Source: the human T2T-CHM13v2.0 reference genome, Homo sapiens
Assembly (NCBI RefSeq): GCF_009914755.1
Contig: NC_060932.1
Strand: one strand, 5' to 3'
Length of the DNA: 64,000 bases
Part shown: positions 42,023-56,587 of the stretch, one piece after another
Layout of the letters: every line of letters starts with the position of its first letter
Position numbering within the stretch: the stretch's first letter is position 1
Made by a program: the position numbers and the translations under genes
The notes under the pieces: model-generated
What the model was told of the DNA's origin: nothing
The model's database searches: none
The model's input: the letters and a program-made list of their open reading frames with translations, nothing else

Positions 42023-42259
42023 GCCAGGCACAGTTTTGAGTGTATCTCATGGATTACTTCATTAGACAACACAATAGCCTTTGAGGAAATTATCATCATT
42101 GTTCCCACTTTACAAATGAGGTGAATGACACTGGGAGAGGACACACAACTTGTCCAGAATCATTCCGCTGTGAGGGGGAGGAGGTAGGACTTGAACCCAG
42201 GAACGCAGTCTCAGGACCTCAGTCACAATCAGTTCAGCACTCAGGACACTAGCCCAGAG

Positions 42260-42985
42260 CCCACCTGTTCCCACTGCCCCTACTTCCCACCTCTGCTTAC
42301 CTACCTCTGAGCTTCCTCTTCTCTGGCCTCTCCCTGTTTCAATGTTGCCCCTCACAAAAAACACTGCTCTCTACAGCGAGCAGAGGCAGCTTTCTAAAAC
42401 ATAAATCCCACCATGTTTCCCGCTCTCCTCAGAACAACACCTACAGGCTTCCCCTTGCCCCAGGAGGCCCTACAAGATCTGGCCCCTGTCTGTCTTTCCA
42501 GCCTCACTGCCCCTCTGTCCAGCCTCACTGCCCACTCCAATAATGCTGGGCTTCCTGCTATTCTGTCAATAAGTCTTGCTCGTTTTCTCTGAGGACCTTG
42601 GCACTTGCTATTTCCCCTACCTGGGATAGTCACACAATGAGAGTTCACAGGACGGGACCCATCGCTTCATCTGCGTAACTGCCATGTCACCTCCTCAAAG
42701 ATGCCCCTGCCTTCCCTTATGTGAACTGTATGAAAAGCACCCCCATCAGCCTCCTCACCAGCCACTTCCTTACCCTGCTTTAATTTTCTTCACCAATTTA
42801 TTACCTGATATTGTCTTATTGTTTGTACTTATTTGTTAATTTGTTTATCAGTTTACCATTGTAATGTAAACCCCATGAGTTCAGGGACTGTGTGTCATTC
42901 ATTATACTATGTTCCCAAGATCTATAAAAGTGCCTAGAAAATAGCGGGCCACAGTAATTACAGGTTGAATGAACTGATTGATTAA
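42260..42985 (+). mobile_element. L2 3' region
   Basis: ggaccttggcacttgctatttcccctacctgg...aatgtaaaccccatgag...cagggactgtgt...gttgaatgaa. Confidence 0.8.
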
Positions 42986-42992
42986 ACAGTTA

Positions 42993-43575
<583 letters not shown>

Positions 43576-44571
43576 TCAAAGTGTATAAACATATAAAGGT
43601 CATTGATGTATGTTGCAATTTTCTTTCTGGAAAATGTGTGTGATGAATATTACATTAAATTTTAATCTTTGAAAGCATTAAAGAATGCAACGAATTACAA
43701 TAGCCCCAAAAGGAGGGCAATGGTTTAAACTGTTCAACCCATACACCAATTAGGGTTTGGTCCCATCTCTTGGACCTTATTGCGACCAATTAACAAGTTA
43801 AGCAAACCTGACTAAACTGGTAGTATTAGGGAGTGGGGAGAATGATCATGAAAATATGGTGCTTGAGCCTGTAGCCCCTGATCACCTTCCATTCCTCAAC
43901 CTACGACTCCAACCTCAACTAAGAACTCACATCTGGAAGGGGCAAGCAAATGACTGCCTTGTTTTCTTGACCTTTTAAGTATTTTGATTGACTTTGTAAA
44001 AATTAGTAGTCTAGTGAAGCTTATGGACAAGGTATCTGAGCTAGTATTTCTGCAGGATTATAACATCATTTTCACTTGGGATTTTAGTGTTAAGATAGGG
44101 TCTTGTCTATTTCTCTAGCTTAATAGGCTTCGGATTTCCTAGATACATGATATTTGCTTTCTAAGAATATATTGCAGTGGCAATCTCTTGGGGGAAAAAT
44201 TCTAACAAGTTTTATGTGGAATTCCTGCCTCTCGGTACACACTTAGCTGTGTTTCTTTTTTCATTAAGCACCCCTAACACCCAAAAATAGAAGGAAAAAA
44301 ACCTATTTGTCATAAAAAATACCAGTGTCATAAAAACTGCTGTTTAATTTCTAAAAGAAGGAAAATAGTCTTAAATGTTTTGACAGAGAACAAAATTCAC
44401 AAACAAATGGAGAATTTGTGAATAACAACAAAATTTGGAGAAATGTTACAACCCAAAAATGTTCACCAGCTGCTTAGAAATCAAAATTCTGGTGTTTCTT
44501 GTGGATCATTTAGTTCCACAACACAATGATTAAAAGAATCAATAGCAAATGGAGATCTAAAAAGAGAGAAT

Positions 44572-45170
44572 ATATTAGTTAGGGTAGGCTGAAGTGATAT
44601 TAACTAAAGGACATCATGTTTAAACATAATGGATGCTTAGTTCTTTCTGTATAACAATCCAAGGAAGAGTTGTTGGTCAGTGGGGAGCTCACTGCCACAT
44701 AGTGACTCAGGGATCCAGGTTTCCGCATGTGGCGGCCACATCATTCCTTACAGTCTTCAGATAACCAAAGAAAAGAACCTGGAAGATTCATACATACTTC
44801 AAACATCTAAAAAAAATGCCTGAAAAAAATAGTGGGCAACAACTGTAACAGGATGAATACACTGATCGATGAAAGAGTAGTTAAAATATCCTTAGGATAA
44901 ATATTAAGAAATTAGAATCACTACCAATTGGAATCAAAGGGCATAAACATAGAAAGGTCCTTGGTACCTACTACATACCACGCTCAGCTTGGGTGGGGCA
45001 CTCTTCTCCTCCTCTTACATCCTGTTCCACTGTTGAGAAACCATCACCTAACCATACCTAACAGCAAAAAGGGCCAGAAAGTCAGTCCTTCGCTTGACAA
45101 CCACATCCTAGCAATCACGTTTGCTAAAAAAAGGAAAAACAGATTCTAGTGACCGAAAGCCATATCTGCC
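44572..45170 (-). mobile_element. Old MLT1 (J/K type) LTR interrupted by a local duplicate
   Basis: tattagttagggtaggct...gtgactcagggatccagg...ccatacctaacagcaaaaagggccagaaa. Confidence 0.55.
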
Positions 45171-45238
45171 AGATATCAAAAGATATGCACTATTTAATAA
45201 TGTCTATTGGAATCTGAATGAAAATTATATTTCTATGA

Positions 45239-45700
45239 TGTGGTAGAGACTGCTAATTGACCTCCAAACAAATTCTTCTTCTTTTTCTAATGTAATAAGG
45301 CCCCTAAATTTTAACGAGGCAAATGGTCTCCCAGACTAAACACACTTTTCCCAGCCTCCCTTGTAATTAGTTGTGGTCCTGTCACTAAGTGCTGGCCAAA
45401 GGGAAAAGCGTGGAAGTGGAGTATACTATTTCTGAGTCATGCCCTTAAGAAAAAGAGAAATACTCTCTCCTTCCTGCTGACTGGATTGTGGATGACGTGG
45501 TAAGCCATCTGGTACTGTGTTGATGAGGGCAAAACCCTTGGTATCATTGAGCAAAAAGATTCAAGAAGCCCAGATTCTGACAACATACCAGCCTACTTAT
45601 GCCCAGACAGTTAAATGAGAGAGAAATACACTTCTATCTTGTTTAAGCCACTGTTTTTTTATAAATCTCCATTACAGATGCCAAACCTATAACTAATACA
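45239..45700 (+). mobile_element. MLT1I/J-type LTR
   Basis: tgtggtagagactgcta...ttcccagcctcccttg...cttctatcttgtttaagccactg...aactaataca (TG...CA ends). Confidence 0.85.
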
Positions 45701-46424
45701 TATGGCAAACAATATGGAATTCTGTTCATCCCTGATTCAACATTTAAAATGTCATAAAAAGGGAAAGAAAAAAAGAAACTTGGCTGAAGACAGAAAACAT
45801 AAACGTATTGATTCCAGTCATACAACATGAATTGAACTAGATATTAGTGGCCTTTTTCATTAAATGTGTGACTATCAAAGGTGAGATAATAATAAAAAAT
45901 AATTGCCATCCCTGCTTAAGGGCCAAATTCATCCTTATGATGTTCATGAAAAATGCTCCATGGTTTATTTAGACAATTGCCTGAAAATGCTCTGGAGGGG
46001 TTCTCTGTGTTTCCCTAGAATAGCATGTGGCAGTATTTGCCAAAGAATATTCACCTAGTCAGACCTATGCAGGTTTCAGATGCCATTCACAGAGCGTGGT
46101 CACCCGCTCCTCACAGACATGCATGTGCACACACCCACCAGGTTAGCTGTGAGAGCTCATGCTCCATAGGAACTACATTGTAAATAAAACCCCAACCAAA
46201 ATAGAAGCACCACTTTGGTTTTGCATTGGGGATTGTTGTAAGAGATGACAAAGACCATTGCTATTCAGGGTTGAGGTGAGGGGTCTAGCGTCTAATAAGG
46301 GACTTCCTGGGACGACCAAGACAAGGTAAACAAAGGGCCAAAGTAGGTTAAGCTCTAATATGAGAGACACAAACACCTAATGGGAAATTTCTTTGATATT
46401 TAATAAGGATGTTTATCAGGCAGG

Positions 46425-46512
46425 CACATGTGTGCATGTGTGTGTGTGCATGCATGCATGTGTGCGTGTGTGTGTGCATGCGTGTGACTGTGTGTGTGTG
46501 TGAGTGTGCATG
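46425..46512. repeat. (TG)/(CATG) microsatellite
   Basis: Mixed TG and TGCA units. Confidence 0.9.
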
Positions 46513-47029
46513 TTCAGGAGCAAAGAGCTGGAACTGCTTAGAGGGGGGAAGCTACAACACTGTTCTAGTCCCATGATGTACCCAGTGGTCAGGCCTTCTG
46601 GAGTCTTGAAGGAGCCACACATGCATGTTTAAGCATTCTGGACATTCCTTAGACAAAACATAACTACAAGTATACAGATTTTGAAGTTAATACTCAATGT
46701 TATTGAAATAATCACACTGCTAGCATCAAGCAGGCTTCCTCATGACGGCCTGCATCTGGGACTGATGGGCTTTCCTTGCACTTCTGACTCTGTAGGTTTG
46801 AGGGTCCCTTTCTGTCATCACCCCTTGCCTTCAGGGGCTCTTACTCATTGTCTCTTGTCCTTCCTCTCTGAAGTTGCTAAGAGGTGACCACAAAACCTAG
46901 TTCCCTGCTTATGTAGATCCCCACCAATTAATTTTTGCATGTGTGTACTGAAATAAGCCAACTGATCCAGTCTATGTAAAAGGAGAAATATGTTTCTATG
47001 TTTTAATTTACAAAATGTAGTGGCTTTTA

Positions 47030-47420
47030 TAGTAGGGTAATGCTTGGGCTCTGGAGTCAGATAAAAGTGGATTAAAATCCTAATACAACACTAGACAACA
47101 CTTATGTGCCTGCTACTATGTATATAAACTCATGAATCCTCAAAATAATACTGTGCGGTGGTTTTACTGGTATCCTATTGTTTAACAGGACTTGAACCTG
47201 TGCAATTCACTACTGGGCACTATGCTGCCAACACTGTGCTCCACCACTGCCTCCTGGCTCTATGAGCTGTGTGCTGCTCGACTCTTAGTTTCCTAGGTAA
47301 AACAAAGGCGAATAATGTAACATCTACTCCATAATAATATTGAGAGAATTTAATGAGCTAGTCCTAATCAAAGTTCTGAAAGCAGCTCTTGGCATATAGA
47401 AAGTGGCCAATAAATGGCAA
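47030..47420. mobile_element. Cluster of MIR fragments in both orientations
   Basis: gggctctggagtcaga; tgaatcctcaaaataatactg; ttagtttcct...taatgagcta...ggcatatag. Confidence 0.6.
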
Positions 47421-47761
47421 CTAAAAATATACTAGTTTTTGCAAACCAATCATTTGATTACTATTGAACATCAATTGTCAAACATTCACTGAAGTCATAT
47501 AGGCTTTCACATATGACAATGATGCTCTCAAAACTGTGTCAAATCATGCATATTGTGTATGATTGAAAAGACACCAAGATATTAGGTGCTGTTAAAAAAA
47601 ATTACTGTTAATTTTAGTTGTGGCAATGACATTGTGATTATCTAAGAAAATATCTTTTTCTTGAGATGCATACTGAACTGAAGTGTGTTGGATAAAATGA
47701 CATGATAAGCTCAACGCTTTTCCAGCATTCCACCAAAGGAAAGGCAATAGTGGAATAAATA

Positions 47762-48927
47762 CAATCATGCATTCCGGTCAACGACAGACTGCATACACAC
47801 GGTGATCCCATAAGACTATAATGGAGTTGGAAAACTCCCATCGCCTAGTGATGTCACAGCCATCCTGATGTCACAGAGCAATGCATGCCTCACGTGGGGA
47901 TGCTGGAGTAAGCAACCCTACTGCACTGCCAGTCTATAAAGGTCTAGCACATACTGTTATATACAGTCTATAATACTTGATAATGATAAATATGTTACTG
48001 CTTTATGTATTTACTATACTATAATTTTATCTTCATTTTAGAGTGTACTCCTTCTGCTTATTTAAAAAAAAGTTAACTACATAATAGCCTCAGGCAGGTC
48101 CTTCAGGAGGGATTACAGAAGAAGGTATTGTTGTCATAGAGATGACAGCTCCTCGTATGTTGTTGCCCCTGAACACCTTCCAGTGAGACAAGATGTGGAG
48201 GTGGAAGATAGTGATATTGATGATCCTGACCCTTTGTAGGCCTAGGATTTTGTGTGGGTTTTGGTCTTAGTTTTTAACAAAAAAGTTTTTAAAATTTTTT
48301 TAAAAGTAGTAAAAAATTTAAAAATAGAAAAAAGCTTGCAGAATAAAGATGTAAAGAAAAATTATTTTTATTCAGCTGTACAATGTGTGTTTTAATCTAA
48401 GTGTTATTACAGGAGTCAGAAAGCTGAAAAAAAGTTAAAAGTTTATAAAGTAAAAAAGTTACAGTACACTACGGTTAATTTATTACTGAAGAGAGAAAAA
48501 ATTTTTATACATTTATTACAGCCTAATTGTCCAGTGTTTCTAAAGTCTACAGCAGTGCACAGGAATGTGCTAGGCCTTCACCACTTACTCACTGGCTCAC
48601 CCAGAGCAACTTCCATCCTGCACCTCCATTCACGGTAAGTGCCCTGTACAGGTGGACCATTTTTAATCTTTTAGAGTGTATTTTTACAGCACCTTTTCCA
48701 TGTTTAAATATGTTTAGATACAAATAGTTACCATTGGGTTCCAACTGCCTACAGTAGCATGCTGTACATGTACAGGTTTGTAGCCTAGAAGCAAAACAGC
48801 CTGGGTATGTAGTAGGCTGTACCATCTGGGTCTGTGTAAGTACACTCTATGATGTTTGCACAACGACGAAGTCACCTAACAACTCATTTCTCAAATCGTA
48901 TCCCCATTGTTAAGTGACACATAACTA
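47762..48927. mobile_element. Tigger3 (MER7/Golem) non-autonomous DNA transposon, inserted in an old L1 3' fragment
   Basis: caatcatgc...ggtcaacgacagactgcat...tatccccattgttaagtgacacataacta; TA flanks; about 1.17 kb. Confidence 0.9.
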
Positions 48928-50175
48928 TATAGCAAAATGTTTATGGTTATGAAGCTGGGTAATGGGTAGTATGAATGTTTATTGTACAGAGCATACCTGA
49001 ATTTTTTCAAAATAAAAAATTATAAGTATTTTTTAAAACACCGTGAAAAGTTTTGTACAGCTTATTCTTAAAACTCCCTTCAGCAGAATGCCATGTTTTG
49101 GGGGTACCCAGGAGTTCTGCAGAGGAGCCTCAGTTATGAGGTCAGCACAGAGTTCCTAGGTCTCTGCCCACCTTCAGCCAGAGCTGCTCCGCTTACACCT
49201 CCTGTCCTTAGTGGAAATCCATATGAGAGTTTGTTTCTGGGAAAGGAGGGGAAGGGGTCACACAGCTCAATCAGCCTGGGAGACAGAAGGTGGCATCCTC
49301 ATTTTCCCCCTTCAGAGAGTAAGCCCTCCCTCCTCCCCAAAGCCCCCACTGTTGAATCTCATGATATCAAGTGATATCACATACCACCTCCAACTTATGG
49401 TTACTTATGAACTCCCAGTCATCTCCCCTCATTTCTGGAAGATGTTAGCTCCTGCTTTCTATTGCTGTGACCACCACCATCCTGTATTAATTTTTGGTAA
49501 TGTCAGTGCATGTGCAGGCGATGCTTCCCACCCCTGGCCTCTTGGTTTCCTGAGCCCTCCCCTCCAGTGATCTTGTTATTCGCCCTTTCTCAGGAGCTCC
49601 TTCCCAGACTCGAAGCCAGCAGACTCCACACAAGCCAATTTCCTGCATCCCACTCCCTGCTAGCACCTCCTCCAATACCCCCACCCCAAACCCTCCTAGG
49701 CCACTGGACAACTTGCCTTTTTCACTGACCTTCATGATCTTCATGTCTTCACTCTCCTCTTTTCCTAACATAAGTTTCAGGGTCAGTTATTCTAATACAT
49801 TATAATACATTTCTTATATATGCCCCCAACTCTGTTGCCTCTCCCTCGCTATGTTGTATTTGTTTGGCAGAAGCATCCAACCCTATGCCTGCTCTGTCTC
49901 TGCACACATGAGCAAGGCTGGAGAAGCACCCACCACCATGCTGACCCGGCTCCTATAAATTCAGGAGCACGCATCTCAAGTGGGGCCTCCAGGTCACAGG
50001 CTACAACATCCTCCTGGGGTGTGCACTCCTCACACTCCAGGGCGAACAGTTTTCGCCATCATTCTGTTTCTCAATTCTCTAATACCTCCTTGCCTGCCTC
50101 TCTCTCAGTGGACTGTCTTGCTTTCTACTTCACTGAGAAAATTCAACCAATCCAAAGATAACTTCCAGACGCTCT

Positions 50176-51028
50176 GTACTGGGTTGAAGAGTGCCACCAA
50201 AATCCACGTCTACCAAAAACCCATAAACATGACCTTATTTGGAAATAGGGTCTTTGCAGATGTAATGGAGTTGAAATAAGGTCCTACTACATTAGGGTGT
50301 CCTTAAATCCAGTATGACTGGTGTCCTTAGAATAGGAAACAAGATGCAGAGACATAAAGGAGGCACATGAGGAGGAGGATCATGTGGAATGGAGGCAGAG
50401 GCTGGGTGATGCATCTAGAAGCCGGGGAACACAGAGGAGCACTGGCAGCCGCCAGCAGTGGGAGAGGCAGGAACACACTCCCTCGGAGCCTCCAGAAGGA
50501 AGCAGCCCTGCTGGCATCTTGATATCAGACTTCTGGCCTCCTGAACTATGAGAAAATCAATTTCCATTTTTTTCTTTATTTTATTTTATTTCATTTCATT
50601 TCATTTCATTTTATTTTTTATGTTCCAGGGTACATGTGCAGGATGTACAGGTTTGTTACATAGGTAAATGTGTGCCACGGTGGTTTGCTGCACAGATCAA
50701 CCCATCACCTAGGTATTAAGCCCAGCATCCATTAGCTCTTTCCCCAATGCTCTCCACTCCCCCATACCCCCCTGACAGGCTGCAGTGTGTGTTATTCCCC
50801 TCCCTGTGTCCATGTGTTCTCATTGTTCAGCTCCCACTTATTAGTATAAGCATGTGGTGTTTGGTTTTCTGTTCCTGCAATAGTTTGCTGAGGATAATGA
50901 TTTCCAGCTTCATCCATATCCCTGCAAAGGACATGATCTCATTCCTTTTTATGGCTGCATAGTATTCCATCTTGTATATGTACCACATCTGTGGTACTTT
51001 GTTATGGCAGCCACAAGAAACTCACAGA
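50176..51028 (+). mobile_element. MLT1B/C LTR interrupted by L1PA
   Basis: gaccttatttggaaatagggtctttgcagatgtaat...ttctggcctcctgaactatgagaaaatcaatttc, resuming tctgtggtactttgttatggcagcc. Confidence 0.9.
50568..50988 (-). mobile_element. L1PA 3' end (antisense)
   Basis: (TTTAT/TTCAT)n tail then gggtacatgtgcaggatgtacaggtttgttacataggtaaa...tatggctgcatagtattcca. Confidence 0.93.
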
Positions 51029-53571
51029 CTCCACTCGTGCACTTACCCGAAGGCTGCAGAAGTCACAGATATTTCCTCCTCATGTGTTAACACAAACCCT
51101 CCAGACTCCTAGTCCAAATCAATCCTCTTCAACTTGATCCTGTCTCCCCTCACTCAGGAATATCCTCTTTTACTCTCTCTTTCTCTCTCTCTTTATCTCT
51201 CTCTCTCTCTCTCTGCCTATTTTTAATTTGGGCAGCATCATTCCCAGCAGCATATAAGCATGCTGTTATCTCTCTCATCTTAAAACCAAAATGACAAAAC
51301 AAAGCAAAACAAAATCTTCACTTGACTCCACTTTCCCTGCAGCCGTCAACTCTTTTACTTGCTCCCCTTTGCAAGAAAAACTCCTCCTTCCCCAAATCCT
51401 CTCTCAAAACCACTGCCTTAGCCTTTGCCTCCCATGAGGCTTCCCTTACCAGGGCCCCCAAAAACCTTGACTTACTGAATCCAAGGACCTATTCTCAGGC
51501 CTTATTTTACTGAACCAAGAAGCAGCATCTGACCCAGCTATTACTCTTTCCTCCTAACTCTCTCTTCTCTTAGCTTTCAGGACAACACACTCTGTTGTTT
51601 TTCTTCTTGGTCACTGATGGTTTCTTCTCAATTCTCTTCACTGGTTGCTCCTACTTGCCTCATCCTAACTGTGGAATGCCCCAGCAGAATGCCCCTTGGT
51701 CCTCTTTCCTCTTTATCCTCAATGCCATGGTGATAGCACAGATTTAAACACCCTCCGTATGCCAATAACTTCCAAATGTGCTTCTGCAGCCAAGACCTTT
51801 CTCCAGCACTCCACACTCACATCGACTGCCTATTTGGTATCTCCACTAGGATGTCTTGCACGCACATTAAATCAACACGCCCGGACTGAGCCGCAGGTCT
51901 TCACCAGCTCCCCCGCAGCTCTTCACCAGCTCCACCCACAGCCTTTTCCATATTAAGAGAGGCCACTTCCTCCCGTTAATTGCTCAAATCAAAAGCTAGG
52001 AAGGAGCCTTGCATCTACTACTCCGCTCACATCCCATCTTCAATCTTTCAGGAAATTGTACTGGCTCTACCTTCAGAGCACATCCAGATTCTGGCTGTCT
52101 AGACTAGCTCTGTCACAATGACCCAGGTTTTGCCACCACCATCTCTCAACTGGATAGCAACAGCCCCTTACAGGTCTCCTTGCCTCTGCCCTCACCTGCC
52201 CCCTATAACCGATTATCAGCATAGAAATCAAAATTCATCTGCTCAAAACCTGCAGTGTTTCCCCACACTACTCAGAGTACAAGCCAACACTCTTACGGTG
52301 ACCTCTAAGGGACCGTGTAGTTCATTGCTGTTTCATCTCTCTGACCTTCTCTCTTTCCACTCCACCTACACACAGTTCAACACAACGGGATCCTTTTCTG
52401 AACACACCCAGCTCACCCACCACGAGGCCTCTGTGCTGGCTCTTTCCTTTGCCCATGACACTTTTCTCCCAGGAGGCTGCTCAGCTGATTCTCTGGCCTC
52501 CTTCAAATCTTTGTGCAAACCTCACCTTCCCTATGTAGCCCACAATGACTACTTAACACTGCAAATTGCTTCTCACTCACCCCCAGGGTTCTTGGATTCC
52601 CCTATCTGCCCTACTCTTTCTTTCCATCTATAGTACTCATCATCTTCTAAAATACTTGTGGTTCACTTATTTATTACTGCTATTACTGATGGTCTGTCTC
52701 CCTGCACTAGAAGCCAAGCCCCTTGTGGGAAGCGTCTTTGTCTCCTTCACTCATTGTGCATCCTAAGCACCTAGAACAGAGCCCGGTACACAGTGAGCAT
52801 TCAAGCCACACCTGTTCTCTAGGGAGGACAGGATGGGGAAGTCCAGGTGGAAGCCCCATCACTGATCTGGGTGAATCTGAGGTTACATGATCGAATTCTA
52901 AGGTAATACATGAATGCCTTTTGTTTCATAATGCCTTCATAAATCTAAGCTCAGTCAATTTGGACTTTGATGGGTCCAAGATTTTCATCCTTATTAAGTA
53001 CTTAAAATGCAGCTAAACTCTGTTCCCAACTAATTAAATGTGAAACCATATATCTTAACCAATGGTCTCTCTAGGGTTAACACTGATGCCCTCTTATGAC
53101 AATACATGTACTTAAGAAGGATGCCACATACACTCAAAGGTAGATCAAGGGAGCACCATAACCATAGCCAAATGTATTTTTGAATCTCTATTAGTACACG
53201 GAAAAAATTGGTGATGTAGACCACAATGTATTGCTGTAGACAACATGGTTAAAATATTTCAAACTAGAAAAAAAATAATTATATAACCTAAATGCTGGAC
53301 ATACCCATTCAAGTAAGATTCAATAAAGAACCCATAGGACAACTAGCTTTGTTCTTTTCTGGTGTTTATGCTTCTACCTATAACTGATTTAGTACAACAC
53401 AGCCTCACAACCCTAGATCTATGTGGTGACTGATAAATCGAGATATTTAGTTACTGTTCTATAAGTTGACATGGGCCAAATGATGGGAAGGAACAGCTCC
53501 AAGATATAGTGAAAAGATAACATTTCATGTTGTGGTTCATGAGGGTAGTTCAGCCTTAGAAAGAGCAATGA

Positions 53572-54483
53572 AAAAATGCTCAGCATCACTAATCATCAGA
53601 GAAATGCAAATTAAAACTACAATGAAATGTGAACTCACCCAGTTAAAATGGCTTTTATTCAAAAGACAGGAAATAAAAAATGCTGGCAAGGATGAGGAGA
53701 AAGGAGAACCCTTATACACTGTTGGTGGGAATGTAAATTAGTACAACCACTATGGAGAACAGTGTGGAGGTTCTTCAAATACTGCAAATAGAACTATGAT
53801 ATGATCCAGCAATCCCACTGCTGGATGTATACCCAAGAGAAAGGAAATCAGTATTTCTAAGTGATATCTGTACTCCCATGTTTTTTGCAGCACTATTCAC
53901 AATAGCAAAGACTAGGAAGCAAAGTCTTTATGAGTGGATGCATGGATAAAGAAAATGTGGTACATATACACAATGGAATATTATTCAGCCATAAAAAAGA
54001 ATAAGATTCTGTCATTTGCAGCAACATGCATGGAACTAGAGGGCATTATAATTCAGGAATAGAAAGACAATAATTTGGAAACACAAAGACAAATTTCACA
54101 TGTACTCACTTATTCGTGGGAGATAAAAATTTGTTTGGGAACTCATGGAGATAGAGAATAAAATGGTGATTATCAGAGACAGGGAGGGGAATAGAGAAAG
54201 GATGGTTAATGAGTACAAAATACAGCTCAATAGAATAAATAAGACCTAGTATTTAGTAGCAAAGTAGGGTGACTAGAGTCAACAATAGTTTATCATATAT
54301 TTTAAGACAACTAAAAGAGTGAATTGGAATGTTCCTAATACAAAGAAATGATACATGTTTAAAGTAATGGATACTCCAGTTACCCTGATTGACCATTACC
54401 TCTATGTCTGTATCAAAATATTACATGTACCCCACAAATATATACAACTATAAGGTATCCATAATAATTAAATTTTTTTTAAA
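53572..54483 (+). mobile_element. 5'-truncated L1MA (ORF2 C-terminus and 3'UTR)
   Basis: MKKCSASLIIREMQIKTT ORF2 motif; 12-bp TSD aaagagcaatga at 53560-53571 and 54484-54495. Confidence 0.93.
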
Positions 54484-55109
54484 AAAGAGCAATGAGCTAT
54501 TTACTGCTAAAAAGGGCATCCATTCTTACTAAAATGTCTGTGCTGAACCCCAAAGTAAGATGCATGTGCACTGAAAATAACGTGTTTTAATGTTCTCAAA
54601 GTGTTGTGTCATTTTCCTAGTTTAGCCAGGAGGGCAGGCAGTCGTATGAAAAAGAGAGGCAGATCTTCAGGTGTGTATTTAATTAAGATATAATAAATCC
54701 TATATACATATATGACCCAAGCATAAGTTTTTCAAACATTGGGGAGTGTGAAACTTCACCTCTGACTGGTTTCCCTTTGTGTCATAACTTATCTAGTTAA
54801 CTACTTAATTTGAATACTTTTAGAGATAATAAAGACTGAGTATTTGGAGAATTAAAATGTTATTTTCCCATTCATTTTTCAAGGAGAGAATATCACTCAA
54901 ATATTGAATGTGCTAGAATTCCTACCTCATTTTCTTGATCTCATCAAACATTGTCATGACAAGCAAAATAGACCTATGTGATACGAGTAAGAACCACAGT
55001 CATTATGAGCTGCTGCAAGCAATGATTCTGCATCCCTCATCATGCTTTCAATTGTCATAATTCTTGTATTCCATATATTGTACCTCATTAGAAATTTTAC
55101 TACAGATGA

Positions 55110-55474
<365 letters not shown>

Positions 55475-55541
55475 AATAAAATCTATTTCTAAGACTCGCA
55501 TCCAAGCTTATAGGTAACTATTTCCTATGCACCGTGAAATA

Positions 55542-56587
55542 CAGTTGACCTTTGAACAACACAGTTTGAACTCCAAAGGTCCACATATGCAGATTTTTTT
55601 CAACATATATATTACACAATTTTGGGGACTTTTGCAACACTTCAAAAAAACATGCAGATGGATTTTGTAGCCGGTAAATATTGAAAAAAAATTAGAAAAA
55701 GGTATGTCACAAATACATAAAATATTAATATATGTAGATACTAGTCTATTGTATCATTTACTACCATTAAATATACACGAATATATTACAAAAGTTAAAG
55801 TTTATCAAAACTCACACATATACTTACAGACCATACATGGCATCATTCACAGTTGAGAGAAATGTAAACAAATAGAAAAATGAAGTATTAAAATCATAAC
55901 TGCCTAAGATTAACTTTAGAACATACTGTACCACTGTAATAATTTTGTAGCCACCTCCTGTTGTGATTGTGGTGAGCCCAAGTGTTGCTAGTATCTGCTT
56001 AAAATGCCATGTGACATTCATCATCTCCACGTGAGCAGCTCCTCTCTCCAGTAAATTGCATTTCATGGTAAAAAGCGATCTCTCATAGTTTTTGAATGTT
56101 TTTCATCATGTTTAGTACAAAACCATAAACCTTGAGTAACACCATGGGACCCATACAAATTATCACTAGTGATCCTGGAAGAGCTCCCAGGAAGCAGAGA
56201 AAAGTCATGACATTACAAGAAAAAGTTGAATTGTTTGATATGGACAGTAAATTGAGGTCTGCAATTGCCGGCCATTTCAGACAAATCATCTTGCAAACAG
56301 ATGACATAAATTTATGATATTCATTTATACAATACAGAACTATAAATGCATTTTTCATTCCTTATTTTTTCTTAATATTTTCTTTTTCTAGCTAACTTTA
56401 TTGTAAGAATACAGTATATAATGCACACGAAAATATGTGTTAATCGATTGTTTATGTTATCTGTAAGGCTTCCAGTCAACTACTACTATCAGTAGTTAAG
56501 TTTGGGGGGAGTGGAAAGTATACGAGGAATTTTCAACTGCATGGGAGACGGGCACCCCTAATCTCCATGTTGTTCAAGGGCCCACTG
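55542..56587 (+). mobile_element. Tigger2-derived internally deleted DNA transposon
   Basis: TIRs cagttgacctttgaacaacac ... atgttgttcaagggcccactg; transposase N-terminal remnant APRKQRKVMTLQEKVELFDM (ORF 56132..56317). Confidence 0.92.

Larger units (their letters stand above)
49340..52815 (+). mobile_element. Long L2 relic, interrupted at about 50176-51028
   Basis: Pyrimidine-rich L2 text, e.g. cttctacttcactgagaaaatt; tagctttcaggacaacacactc; gcacctagaacagagcccggtacacagtgagcattcaa at the 3' end. Confidence 0.8.

Noticed and set aside
56132-56317. Domesticated Tigger/CENP-B-like gene
   Set aside because: Only a short N-terminal remnant within a non-autonomous element; no DDE domain.
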